From: an uncultured Gemmatimonadales bacterium
GTDB taxonomy: Bacteria; Gemmatimonadota; Gemmatimonadetes; Gemmatimonadales; JACORV01
Assembly: GCA_963729955.1 (NCBI GenBank)
Contig: CAVSQA010000008.1
Coordinates: 66,547-130,546, forward strand
Reading direction: 5' to 3'
Length of the DNA: 64,000 nt
Each line of letters opens with the position of its first letter. Position 1 is the first letter of the stretch. This document shows, piece after piece, positions 22,703 to 32,606 of this stretch. A program made the translations under genes and the position numbers. The notes under the pieces were generated by a model, which was not told where the DNA came from, did not search any database, and worked only from the letters and a program-made list of their open reading frames with translations.

Positions 22703-25418
22703 CGCTCCGCCGCCACCCGCGGGAGCTGATGCGTCAGCGGGCGGTCGCCGACCAGGTAGAGCCGCGCGCCGCCGGCGCCCGACCAGACCAGCTGCCCCAG
22801 ACGCCGCTCGCGGCCCTCGCGGAACCGGTTCACGTACAGGTCGAAGCCGAAGTCCTGCACGTCGTCCGACAACTCGATGGCGCAGGTGATCCGGTAGCCG
22901 CGCTCGGTCGGCTGCCACGCGCCGCGGACCATCTCGGGCGACGCATCGGTGCCGGGCACGGCCGACACCCTGAGGCGCGACGGATCGTCGGCGTCGGGCA
23001 CGACCAGCCAGCCGAGAAAACTCACGCCGTCCAGGTACACCTGGATGCCGTCGGAGTGGATGTCCGGGTTCTCGTTGTCCCACTCCGGATTCGCGGCCCC
23101 GCGCGGCCGGAAGGCGGGCTCGGTCGCGGTCACGTCCACCGCGAGGTAGACCGTCGACCCTTCGTGGTTGAGGTAGGCCGTGGCCGAGAAGACGTCCGGC
23201 CCCTCCCACGGCTCCTCGGCGCGGCGGAACTGCTCGGCCCGGTCCAGGGCGAGCGGCGCGTCGAGCCGGAAGCCGTCGAGCGTGCCGTCCAGCGCCGGCG
23301 CCCCGCGGGCGGCCAGACTCCGCGCCGCCGCCACGCGCTCCTCCTTCCGCGGCGCCTCGGGCGGCGCCGGCTCCTCCGGCAGCTCGCGCGCGCCGCCCAG
23401 CTCGACGGGATCGCCGCGGCCAAGATCGATCCGCCAGCCGTGCTCGGTCGGCCCGTGCGAGTGCATCCCGCCGTCGGCCAGCCGCACCACGAACTCCTGC
23501 CCGTGGCACTCGACCTCCTCGACCGTCCCGCCGTGATCCACGCAGGCCACCAGCGTCACCATCTCGCCGGTCGAGGTCACGGCCGCGAACTCGAGCTCCT
23601 CGGCCTCGTCGGCGGCGCCCGGCAGCGGCGGCCCGGCGGCACGCGAGATCTGCACCTGGAACGGCTGCCGACCCGCGAGGTAGACCGGCAGCACGCCGTC
23701 GCGCGCGCTCGAAGCGTCACCCCGCCTGGTGCGACCGTGACGCGGCCCAGCCCGTGCCACGGCAGCGCCAGCGATCCGCTCGCCCACCGCGCTCGCCATC
23801 TGGAGCACGTCGAGCACGTACCCCGGCGTCACGACGACGGTGCGCTGCACGCCCGACGCCGTCGAAGGCCGTCCCGTCGGGGAGCTGGGCGCACACCCAG
23901 CCGAACTCCCCGCCCTCCGCGTACCCGACGCACACGCCGCGGGCCTCCGCCTGCGACAAGCCGTCCACCAGCGGCGCGTTGTGCGCCAGCGTCGAGCGGT
24001 ACCAGTGCGAGGCTCGCGGCGAGACGTACGACCCGGTGCCGAAGTCCACCAGCCACGGGATGCCCTGCGCATGCAGCGTGAGATTCAGGCGGTCGGGGTG
24101 GCCGTGCCCGCCTCCCGGCTCGCCGTAGTCGAGGCTCACGTAGGTCCGGCCCCCGTCGCGGCGGAAGATCGCGAGTCCCGTCGCCTCGAGGTGCACGGAG
24201 GCGGGCGGCCAGGCGCCCACGGCTTCATGCGGCAGCTCGGGCGCCGTCCACAGCAGCCCCTTCCACCCGAGCCCCTGCGCGCCGCACTCCCGACGACGGC
24301 TCCTGGCGCTCGACTTCGGTGATGAGTCCCGCGCCGTCCTCGACGCACCGGCACCGAGGCGTCGTACACGTGACCGAGCAGCGCCGCCACGCCCGGCGCA
24401 CGGCGCGCGGGCGAGCGACAGCTCCCACAGCTCCGCCATGCGCCGCTGGCGGAGCGAGACCCCGAACCGGGAATCGCGGCGAGCGGGATAGGTGAAGTCG
24501 GGCAGCGCCGTCAGCACCGGCGCGCGGAACGCCTCGCGGAACTTGCGGCCGATCGTCGGTGCCCGATGACCACAGGTCCAGCTCGCCGGCCGTCCGCAGC
24601 ATCTCGGCGCCCCACGCCAGGCCGCGCAGCGCGAACCAGTGATAGTTCTCGCCCTCGTACCAGAGGCCGTCGCCGAGCAATCCGTCGTCGAGGGTGGCCA
24701 GCACGCCCGCGGGGCCGCGCGCGGCGCCCTCGCGCAGCGCGGCATCGTCCAGCACCGTGCCCAGCGCCAGCAGGGCCGCCGCGTTCCAGACCTGCCGGTT
24801 GGACCGGCGCTCCTCGAAGTCCGCGATGGTCTCGGCCGACGGCCGGAACAGCCGGGACGCCAGGTCGCGCTCCAGGTCGGCCGGGAGCCGTCCGTGCTCC
24901 CCCAGCAGCGAGGCGGCGGCCGCGAGCTGAAGCACCCAGACCGACTCGAGATAAGTAGAGAAGAAGGGGCGGCTCGGGCCGAGCACGTTGTCGGCGTTGG
25001 GATACTCCAGGTAGCGCCCGGCCAGCGCCGCGAGGGTCTCGAGGGCGCGGGCCTCGAACCGGGCGTCGCCATCGAGCACGGCGAGCAACGCCGACTGCCA
25101 GCAGCGCTCCGCGAGCCACAGCTGGTACCAGTAGACCCACCAGCGATGGGTCTGCTCGGTGGCCCAGATCCGGCCGCAGCGCGTGCAACGCTGCGCCTCC
25201 GGCGACCAGGGGTCGAACGCCAGCTCCGCCCCATCGTCGCGGCACGTGCTCCCCCACCGCGACAGCAGGGCCTTCTGGTCCGGGACGTACAGCGGCCGCG
25301 CGACGAACTCGGCCAACCCGGCGCCGAGCCGCGCCTTCAGCGCGAGGAGGCCGGGCGCCGCGGCGATCTCGGTCCGCCGGCGCTCGAGGGCTTCCGGAGA
25401 CACCAGCACGCTGCGCAT
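22699..25418 (-). pseudogene. Heparinase II/III-family protein with a C-terminal CBM9/DOMON-like domain, no signal peptide; frame-disrupted as sequenced
   Basis: N-terminal alpha/alpha-toroid-like region in ORF 24225..25418. Central GGGHGHPDRLNLTLHAQGIPWLVDFGTGSY...HNAPLVDG (heparinase II/III signature) in 23717..25234. C-terminal beta domain (AYLNHEGSTVYLAVDVT...HSDGIQVYLDG...FGFDLYVNRF) in 22699..24072. Confidence 0.7.
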
Positions 25419-25419
25419 C

Positions 25420-26430
25420 TCAGCGCTCCGCCCCGAGCCAGGCTACGACGCCGCCGCCGTCGAAGCTGAAGCGCAGCACCTGGCCGCCGGCCGCGCGCAG
25501 CGCCTCGGCGACGGCGAACGCCCGTCCGGCCTTGGCGAGAAACACCATGCAGCCTCCGGCCCCCGCCCCGCAGGCCTTGCCGCCGGCCGCGCCGGCGCCG
25601 GCCGCCGCGCGCGCCAGGGCGCGCATCGCTCCCGTCTCCATGCCGTCCCCCAGGGCGCGTTGATGCGCCCAGTTGCGCGACAGGATGTCGCCCACCGCCC
25701 CGAGCCGGACGCGTGCGACCGCCTCGCGCATCTCCAGGGCGCAGTCACGCAGGCCGTCGAGCGCCTTCGCCGTGGCGCGGTCGCCCTCCGCGTACCGCCG
25801 CCACACCCGCGCGTGCATTTCGGCCGACGGCCGCGACGCCCCGCTGTAGCACAGCACCAGGTGTCGCTCCAGCTCCCTGAGGCCGTCCTCCGGAGGCGCG
25901 AGGCGCGTCGCGCTCACCCGCCGCTCGCCCACCTCGAGGAACTGCAGGCCGCCCAGCGACGCGGCGTACTGGTCCTGCTGGCCGCCCACGATGCCGACGT
26001 CGCCCGCCTCCAGCTCGAACGCCGTCTGCGCGACCTCGGCCGCCAGCGGCCGGTCGCCCCGGAGCGCCGCGAACGCCGCCACCAGCGCCACCCCCATCGC
26101 GCCCGAGCCGCCCAGGCCGGATCCCGCCGGCGCGTCGCAGGTGGTGAGGACCTCGAAGCCGCCGCGCGGACCGAAGCGGCGGGCCGCCGCCTTGAGCAGG
26201 CCCAGCTCGCCGTCCGGCCGCAGTTCGGCGGCGTGACGCGCCGAAGCGGCCGCACCCAGGTCCAGCGCGTGCAGGTTCACGCCGCTGCGCTGCCGGCGCA
26301 CCTGCACGTGGGCGTGCAGGCTGATCGCGACGTTCACCACGGCACCGCCCCGGCGCGCGCTGTAGGGCGCGACGTCGGTCCACCCGCCGGCGAGGTCGAT
26401 CCGGAGGGGGGCCCGCGCGTTGGCGATCAC
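25420..26430 (-). CDS. GHMP-family sugar kinase, intact
   Basis: GTG at 26430 (VIANARAPLRIDLAGGWTD) lies 5 nt after the SBP stop. GHMP ATP-binding motif APAGSGLGGSGAMGVA. The stop is 1 nt before the start of the next gene. Confidence 0.8.
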   Translation of the reverse strand: MIANARAPLRIDLAGGWTDVAPYSARRGGAVVNVAISLHAHVQVRRQRSGVNLHALDLGAAASARHAAELRPDGELGLLKAAARRFGPRGGFEVLTTCDAPAGSGLGGSGAMGVALVAAFAALRGDRPLAAEVAQTAFELEAGDVGIVGGQQDQYAASLGGLQFLEVGERRVSATRLAPPEDGLRELERHLVLCYSGASRPSAEMHARVWRRYAEGDRATAKALDGLRDCALEMREAVARVRLGAVGDILSRNWAHQRALGDGMETGAMRALARAAAGAGAAGGKACGAGAGGCMVFLAKAGRAFAVAEALRAAGGQVLRFSFDGGGVVAWLGAER

Positions 26431-26437
26431 CGCCGTG

Positions 26438-27967
26438 TCATTCCGGCGCTCCGGGATCGACGTGCCACTGCTGCAGCGTGGCCAGCTCGCCGCGCAGGTC
26501 CATCCGGACACCGTGCAAGCGCCGGTTCAGCCCCGCGAGGCCGCGCGCGTGATAAAGAAACGTGATCGGCAGGTCGCGCGCGACGATGCGCTGCACCTCC
26601 CCGAGATCGCCCGCATCCAGCGCCCGGTCCACCGCCGGGTTCCGGTACTGCGCGTACTGCAGCGGCTCGGCGAGGCGGCGCGAGTCGAACAGGCCGCGCA
26701 CGTACCCCAGCGCCAAGTCCCCGAGGATGCCGGTCACGAGAGCATCATAATCGCGCGCCGCGCCCCCTGCCCGGTCGAGGAACGCGCCCAGCTCGAGCTG
26801 CCGGATGCGCACGCTCGCGCCGACGGCCGCGAGGTCGGACTGAATCATCTGCTCGAGCGCGTTGTCGGCCGCGCCGACCGTGAGGATGGTGAAGGCGAGC
26901 GGCCGGCCCGCCCGCCGCCTCACACCGTCGGCGCCGACCCGCCAGCCCAGCGAGTCGAGCAGGGCGCCCGACCACGCGCGGTCATACGGCACGGGGGCGA
27001 CCGGCACCGCCAGCGGATGCCACGGCGGCACCGGCCCGTCGGCCACCACGCCGAAGCCGTAGAGGTACGCGTCCACCATCGACCGCCGGTCCAGGGCCAG
27101 CGTCAGCGCGCGGCGCAGGCGCGGGTCGTCGAACGGCGCGCGCGCGGTGTTCCATACCAGGCCATAGGTCAGCAGGATCGGATAGTCCAGCACGGTGAGC
27201 CGCGGGTCGCGGCGCACCAGCGCCGCATGCATCGGCTGGATGCCGGCGACGTCCAGCTCGCCCGTCACCAGGCCCGCGAGCTTGGTCGCGGACTCGTCCA
27301 CCACCACGATCACCAGCCGCCGGATCCCGGGGGGCCCGCCGAGCGCGGCGGGGAAGGCCGAGTCGGCCTCCAGCACCCAGCGCTGGTTCGGGACGTGCGA
27401 CACGAAGCGGAACGGCCCGTTGCCCACCGGGTGCTCGTTGAAGGCGGCGTGCCGCAGCTGGTCGTGCGGCAGCGCCGCGAGCAGGTGCGCCGGCAGGATC
27501 GCCAGGTCGGTGAGCACGTCGGGGAAGCCCTGCTGCGGGCGACAGAACGCCAGGCGTACCGTCCACTCGCCGGTCGCTTGCGCGCCGGCGAGGCACTCCA
27601 GATCGGAGCGGCGCGGGTAGCCGGTCGCCGGATCGCGCGCCGCATTCAAGGTGAACGCGACGTCCGCGGCGGTCGTCGGCACGCCGTCGTGCCAGCGCAC
27701 GTCGCGCCGCACCGTCAGCTCGAGGGTGCGCCGGTCCGCGCTCCAGCGCCAGCGCTCGGCCAGGTAGGGCCGCGCCACCAGGGCGCTGTCGTACCGGGCC
27801 AGCGTCAGGAACAGGGCGTACCGCTGCACCTGCCGCGCGAGGGGATGCACGGTGAGGAGGGGATTGATGGATTGCAGGTCGGCGCCGGACGCGTAGAAGA
27901 CCGTCGCCGGCGGCGTGATCGGGCCGCATCCCGCCGCGGCCACCGCAAGGACCATCCACCACCGCAC
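26438..27967 (-). CDS. ABC transporter substrate-binding lipoprotein, family 5 (peptide/oligosaccharide/nickel type), intact
   Basis: Single 509-aa ORF. Lipobox MVLAVAAAGC. Family-5 SBP-like sequence throughout (RWHDGVPTTAADVAFT...). Confidence 0.8.
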   Translation of the reverse strand: MRWWMVLAVAAAGCGPITPPATVFYASGADLQSINPLLTVHPLARQVQRYALFLTLARYDSALVARPYLAERWRWSADRRTLELTVRRDVRWHDGVPTTAADVAFTLNAARDPATGYPRRSDLECLAGAQATGEWTVRLAFCRPQQGFPDVLTDLAILPAHLLAALPHDQLRHAAFNEHPVGNGPFRFVSHVPNQRWVLEADSAFPAALGGPPGIRRLVIVVVDESATKLAGLVTGELDVAGIQPMHAALVRRDPRLTVLDYPILLTYGLVWNTARAPFDDPRLRRALTLALDRRSMVDAYLYGFGVVADGPVPPWHPLAVPVAPVPYDRAWSGALLDSLGWRVGADGVRRRAGRPLAFTILTVGAADNALEQMIQSDLAAVGASVRIRQLELGAFLDRAGGAARDYDALVTGILGDLALGYVRGLFDSRRLAEPLQYAQYRNPAVDRALDAGDLGEVQRIVARDLPITFLYHARGLAGLNRRLHGVRMDLRGELATLQQWHVDPGAPE

Positions 27968-28004
27968 GAGGGGAAGCTAGAGAAATCCGGCGGGCGCCGC
28001 GAGA

Positions 28005-29006
28005 TTGGCCGGGATGCGCAGCGCGCTGCCGGGCCGGATCCTCGTCGCCGGACTGACCATCCTCCTGGTCGTGACGGTGACGTTCGCGGCGGTCCACCTC
28101 ATGCCGGGCGATCCGGTGCGGCTGTACCTCGGGCCGGACGCCGACCCGGCGACCGTCGCCGCCGCCCGGCACGCGCTCGACCTCGATCGCCCCCTGCCCG
28201 TCCAGTATGCGACGTGGCTCGCCCGGTTCCTGACCGGCCGGTGGGGGACCAGCATCGCGCAGCAGCGCCCGGTCACCGCCGTGCTGAGCGATGCCTTGGG
28301 GCCCACCCTGCGGCTGGTGGGAACCTCGCTGCTCGCGACCTACCTCGGCGGGATACTGGTCGGCGCCTACCAGGCCGCGCGGCGGCGCAGCCGCGTGGAC
28401 GCCGTCCTGACGGCGCTCACCACCACCCTCTACGCCCTGCCCTCGTACGTCGTCGCGCTGGGCCTGGTCGCGGTGTTCGCCTATGGGGCCGCGCTGTGGC
28501 ACTGGCCCGGACCGCTGCGGTTTCCCGCCTTCGGCGCCGCGGGCCTCGGCGCCGACCTGCTGCCACCGGCGGCCCGGCTCGCCGACGGCCTCCGCCACCT
28601 GGCGCTCCCTGCGCTCACCCTGGCCCTGGTCGGCGTCGCCGGCACCGCGCGCTTCGTCCGGGGCGCGATGCTCGAGGCGCTGCGCCAGCCCTTCGTGCGG
28701 GCGGCGCGCGCCAAGGGCCTCGGCGAGGTGCGGGTGCTGCTCGGCCACGCCTTCCGCAACGCCCTCGTACCCGTCGTCACCCTGTTCGGCCTGCAGCTCC
28801 CGGCGCTGTTCTCCGGCGTCGTGTTCGTCGAGACGATCTTCGCGTGGCCGGGGATGGGCCGGGTCACGGTCCAGGCGGTGCTGGCGCGCGACTACCCGGT
28901 GGTGATGGCGTCCACCGCGGTCTTCGCGGCGCTGGTCGTGCTCGGGAACCTGTTGGCCGACGTCCTGGCCTGGTTCGCCGATCCGCGTCCGGGGCGGTCG
29001 GGATGA
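28005..29006 (+). CDS. ABC transporter permease (DppB/OppB-like)
   Basis: Single 333-aa ORF, six hydrophobic segments. EAA-like loop FVRAARAKGLGEVRVLLGHAFRNAL. Confidence 0.85.
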   Translation: MAGMRSALPGRILVAGLTILLVVTVTFAAVHLMPGDPVRLYLGPDADPATVAAARHALDLDRPLPVQYATWLARFLTGRWGTSIAQQRPVTAVLSDALGPTLRLVGTSLLATYLGGILVGAYQAARRRSRVDAVLTALTTTLYALPSYVVALGLVAVFAYGAALWHWPGPLRFPAFGAAGLGADLLPPAARLADGLRHLALPALTLALVGVAGTARFVRGAMLEALRQPFVRAARAKGLGEVRVLLGHAFRNALVPVVTLFGLQLPALFSGVVFVETIFAWPGMGRVTVQAVLARDYPVVMASTAVFAALVVLGNLLADVLAWFADPRPGRSG

Positions 29007-29866
29007 GCGCGCCGCGCGGCGTCCTGGCGCTGGTGTGGCGCGACCCGCGGGCGCGCGTCGGCGTCGCGCTCATCGCGGCGTTCGCCGTCGGGGCGGCGCT
29101 GGCGCCGCTCCTGCCGGGCGGAGCCTCCGCCGACCTGGCCGACATCGTCGCCCGCCGCTTCGCCGGACCGTTGTCACGGACGCCCGACGGCGTGTGGCAC
29201 CTGCTGGGGACGGATCGATTCGGACGGGACGTGCTGGTGCGCCTGCTGGCCGGCGCGCGCATCTCGCTGGCCGTCGGCGCGCTCGCCGCGCTGGTCTCCA
29301 CCGCGGTGGGCATCGGGGCGGGTGCGGTCGCCGGCTACGTCGGCGGAGCGGTCGACCGGGCCATCGTGGGCATCACCGACGCGGCGCTGGCCATCCCGCG
29401 CGTGCCGTTCCTCCTGCTGCTCGTCGCCCTGGTGGAGCCGGGCGCGTGGGTGACCGTGCTCGCCCTCGGCGTCACCGGCTGGATGACCGTGGCCCGGCTG
29501 GTGCGCGGCGAGGTGCGCGCGCTCGAGGCGCGGCCGTTCGTCGAGGCGGCCCGCGCCCTGGGCTTCCCTCCCTCCCGCGTGCTGGTGCGCCACGTGCTCC
29601 CGAACGCCCTGACCCCGGCGCTGGTGGCCGCGGCGCTCGGCGTGGGCAGCGCCATCATGCTCGAGGCCGGTCTCTCGTTCCTCGGCCTCGGGGTGCAGCC
29701 GCCCACCCCGTCCTGGGGCAACATGATCGCCTCCGGGCGCGACGCGCTGCTGATCGCGCCCTGGGTGTGCCTCGCGCCCGCGGCGGCGGTCGCGCTGGTG
29801 GTGCTGGGATTCAGCTGGCTGGCGGACGCCCTGGAGAGCGCGATCGCGGGCGAGCGCGCCGTCTAG
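29003..29866 (+). CDS. ABC transporter permease (DppC/OppC-like)
   Basis: ATG at 29003 overlaps the upstream stop (ATGA). This is the last 287 codons of the artefactual 1148-aa ORF 26420..29866. EAA-like loop FVEAARALGFPPSRVLVRHVLPNAL. Confidence 0.85.
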   Translation: MSAPRGVLALVWRDPRARVGVALIAAFAVGAALAPLLPGGASADLADIVARRFAGPLSRTPDGVWHLLGTDRFGRDVLVRLLAGARISLAVGALAALVSTAVGIGAGAVAGYVGGAVDRAIVGITDAALAIPRVPFLLLLVALVEPGAWVTVLALGVTGWMTVARLVRGEVRALEARPFVEAARALGFPPSRVLVRHVLPNALTPALVAAALGVGSAIMLEAGLSFLGLGVQPPTPSWGNMIASGRDALLIAPWVCLAPAAAVALVVLGFSWLADALESAIAGERAV

Positions 29867-32529
29867 CGAAGCAGCACGGTCACGACGGCGCGCGGGCCGG
29901 CCTCGAAGGGCACCCGCCCGTCCGCCGTGAGCTCGAGCGGGGCGAGCGGCGTCTCGTCGAGCCGGGCGAGCTCGGCCGACCGCGCGCGGAACGGCAGCCG
30001 CCACGAGCCCGCCACCGGCGTCGCGCGGGCGTTGTAGCAGCGGAGCACGATGCCGCGCCCCGCCTCCGCGGGCTTCATCGCCGAGAACACCAGGCCCTCC
30101 CCGTGCAGCTCGGGACCCGGCGCCGGCCGCGGCACCTCGAGCAGCGCGCGGCGCATCGCCGCCAGCGGCGGCGCGTGGAATCGCTCCGCGGCCCGCTCGA
30201 CGCCGGCGAGGTCGTCCAGCGCGCGCGCCGCGTGAAGGTGAACGCCGAGGCGGGCGCGAAACGGCCCGAGGCACTGGGCATCGGGCGTCGGCGTCGGCCA
30301 GCCGGCGTGGCCCGGCCGCTCCGGCATGTCCTGGCGTGACATTTGCCCGAAGGCCCTGAGCAGCGTCACCAGCAGCGTGCCGTCGCGCCGCAGCTCGTAC
30401 TCGGGCAGGCCCGCCGCGAGGACCGTGAGCCCCCGCGCTCCGCCCGCCACCGCGACGTAGCGCCCCATCGGCGCGGTGGGCGCCGGTTGCTCGACGCCGC
30501 GCGGCATCGACGTCCGCGCGCGGCTCCGGCGCTCCACCGGGCCGAACAGGGCGTCCGCCACCTCGCGCCGCGCCGCCCTGCCGAGGGGGAAGGCCGCGCG
30601 CAGCCGATGGTCAGCGCGCCGGTTGTCCCCTTCGAACTCGATCTCGACGACGTCGCTCCCCGCGTCGAGCGTCACCCGCGTCACGACCTCGAGCGCGACG
30701 GCACCATAGCGGCGCACGACCTCGAGCACGCCGCGCAGCGGCCCCGCGTGCACGACGCGCACCGCCGAGTCGTCCGGCTCGCGCACCACACGATCCGGAC
30801 GAGGTGCCGAGTAGGTGTAGCTGTCCCCGGCATCGCCGTTGTCCTCGAGCGCCGCCAGGCCAGCGTAGTGCTCGCCGCTCGCACGATCGACGAGCTGGAG
30901 CGTCCCCTCGGGCTCCGCGATCACCGCGACGTGCTCGTTCCACATCGCGTTCCCGGCGACCACCACGTCGGCCGCCGCGGCCTCGTTCGGCGCAGGCGCC
31001 GCCGCGCGCCGGCCGTCGTTCGTCTCGACGGCCAGGGCCACCACGCCCAGCGGCGGGAGGTCGCGCACGCGAACCGCGACGCGACGCCACTCGACGGCGG
31101 CGGACAGGGGATACCGCAGCGGACTCTCGACCAGATCGTGACCGGCCCTGGCGCCGAGCTCCTGGAAGGGGACGCCCGCCCCGTCGGGGCCGAGGAGCCT
31201 GAGCGCGCCGGGACGCACCGGGGCGCCCGGCGGCACGCGCTGCTGCCCGACCGACACGTCGGCCACGAACAGCGCCACCTCCGCATCCACCACCGCGTCG
31301 CGTGCCGCCGCCGTGGGGTTGAACACCAGCAGCGCCGGCTTCCACGCGGCCCGGCCCGCCAGCCGCGCGGCCACGGCATCGTGCCCGATCGCTCCCTCGA
31401 GCGACCGCGCCACGATCTCGTCGCCCTGCTGCCGGCATCGCTCGAACCGCACCATCATCTCGCGGTGCACGGGATCGGCGCTGGTGCCGCAGATGCTGTC
31501 GTGGGGGTGGTTCTCCAGCAGCGTGCGCCACGCCGCTCCGAGCTCGGCGCGCCGGTCGGCGCCGCCGCGGCTCTGCTCCAGCGCCGCGAGCGGCTCGGCA
31601 TAGCGCTCGAGCAACCGCTGGCAGCCGGCGTTCGCCTGCTTGAGGTAGAGCCGCGAGCCGTGCGTTCCCTGCAGCGCCCACGCGTGCCGGTGGCCGCCGC
31701 GCAGCTCGCCGACGAGCACCGGCAGCGTCCCGCCGCCGTGCCGGGCCCAGGCCAGCACCGCCGCGGCGTAGTCTTCCAGCGAGGTGATCGCGAAGTGGAC
31801 CTGCGGAGCCATCGCGTTGAGCGCGGCGATCACCTCCGGCAGATCGTGCTGTGCCGCGTGGTGGTCCGCCCCGGCCATCACCAGCCAGTGAGGCGTCCGG
31901 GCGCGCGTGCCGAGCTGCGCCTGGAGCCCCGCCCACCGCTCGGCCAGCGCCGCCCGCTCCGCCGGGAGGCTCTGGCCATTCTCGTACCCCGGCGGCGGGA
32001 GGTGCACCGTCAGCACTTCGGAGCCGTCGCCCGCGCGCCACCGGTACAGGTCGCCCTCCTGCCCCGGCTCGCCGCCGAGCCCGCGCCACAGGACCGCGAC
32101 CTCGATGCCGAAGCCGCGCAGGATGGTAGGCAGGCCCGCCGGATGCCCGAACGCATCGGGTGAATACCCGATGGCCATCGGCCGGCCCCCGCACCGCCGC
32201 ACCGCGCGCCCCCCCTCCAACAGGTTTCGGACCAGGGCCTCCGCGGACACCAGGAACTCGTCGGCGAGCACGTACCACGGACCGGCCTCGAGCCGCCCCT
32301 CGACGAACAGCCGCCTGATGCGGCCCGCCTGTTCGGGCCGCGCCGCGAGGTAATCCTCCAGGACGATGGCCTGGCCGTCGAGCAGGAAGGTGCGGAAGTC
32401 GGGTCGGTGCTCCAGCAGGTCGACCAGGTCGTCCGCCAGGCGCAGCAGGCGCAGCCCGAACACGGAGGCCGGGTGATACCACTCGCGGTCCCAATGCGTG
32501 TGCGGGACGACGTGGACGGTGACGGTCAC
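29863..32529 (-). CDS. Glycoside hydrolase family 38 alpha-mannosidase, intact
   Basis: Single ORF 29863..32571. GH38 N-terminal signature VHVVPHTHWDREWY. The preferred start is GTG 32529 (VTVTVHVV...); the ORF track begins at 32571. Confidence 0.85.
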   Translation of the reverse strand: MTVTVHVVPHTHWDREWYHPASVFGLRLLRLADDLVDLLEHRPDFRTFLLDGQAIVLEDYLAARPEQAGRIRRLFVEGRLEAGPWYVLADEFLVSAEALVRNLLEGGRAVRRCGGRPMAIGYSPDAFGHPAGLPTILRGFGIEVAVLWRGLGGEPGQEGDLYRWRAGDGSEVLTVHLPPPGYENGQSLPAERAALAERWAGLQAQLGTRARTPHWLVMAGADHHAAQHDLPEVIAALNAMAPQVHFAITSLEDYAAAVLAWARHGGGTLPVLVGELRGGHRHAWALQGTHGSRLYLKQANAGCQRLLERYAEPLAALEQSRGGADRRAELGAAWRTLLENHPHDSICGTSADPVHREMMVRFERCRQQGDEIVARSLEGAIGHDAVAARLAGRAAWKPALLVFNPTAAARDAVVDAEVALFVADVSVGQQRVPPGAPVRPGALRLLGPDGAGVPFQELGARAGHDLVESPLRYPLSAAVEWRRVAVRVRDLPPLGVVALAVETNDGRRAAAPAPNEAAAADVVVAGNAMWNEHVAVIAEPEGTLQLVDRASGEHYAGLAALEDNGDAGDSYTYSAPRPDRVVREPDDSAVRVVHAGPLRGVLEVVRRYGAVALEVVTRVTLDAGSDVVEIEFEGDNRRADHRLRAAFPLGRAARREVADALFGPVERRSRARTSMPRGVEQPAPTAPMGRYVAVAGGARGLTVLAAGLPEYELRRDGTLLVTLLRAFGQMSRQDMPERPGHAGWPTPTPDAQCLGPFRARLGVHLHAARALDDLAGVERAAERFHAPPLAAMRRALLEVPRPAPGPELHGEGLVFSAMKPAEAGRGIVLRCYNARATPVAGSWRLPFRARSAELARLDETPLAPLELTADGRVPFEAGPRAVVTVLLR

Positions 32530-32550
32530 GAAAGTCAAGCTACGACACGC

Positions 32551-32579
32551 TTGCCGTGCCGGACAGGGCACGCTATTTC
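32551..32579 (+). promoter_or_regulatory. Possible sigma-70-like promoter for the REC/HD-GYP and kinase pair
   Basis: TTGCCG (32551-32556), a 17-nt spacer, then TATTTC (32574-32579), followed by RBS GAAGGGAG (32591-32598) and GTG 32607. The -10 element is weak. Confidence 0.3.
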
Positions 32580-32606
32580 AAGACAACACCGAAGGGAGCA
32601 CGGGGC

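Noticed and set aside
26420-29866. 1148-aa ORF, the longest in the track
   Set aside because: This is a chimera. Its first ~860 codons are the antisense shadow of the SBP gene and an out-of-frame reading of permease 1 (Arg/Pro/Gly-rich, no motifs). Only the last 287 codons (29003-29866) are a real DppC-like permease.
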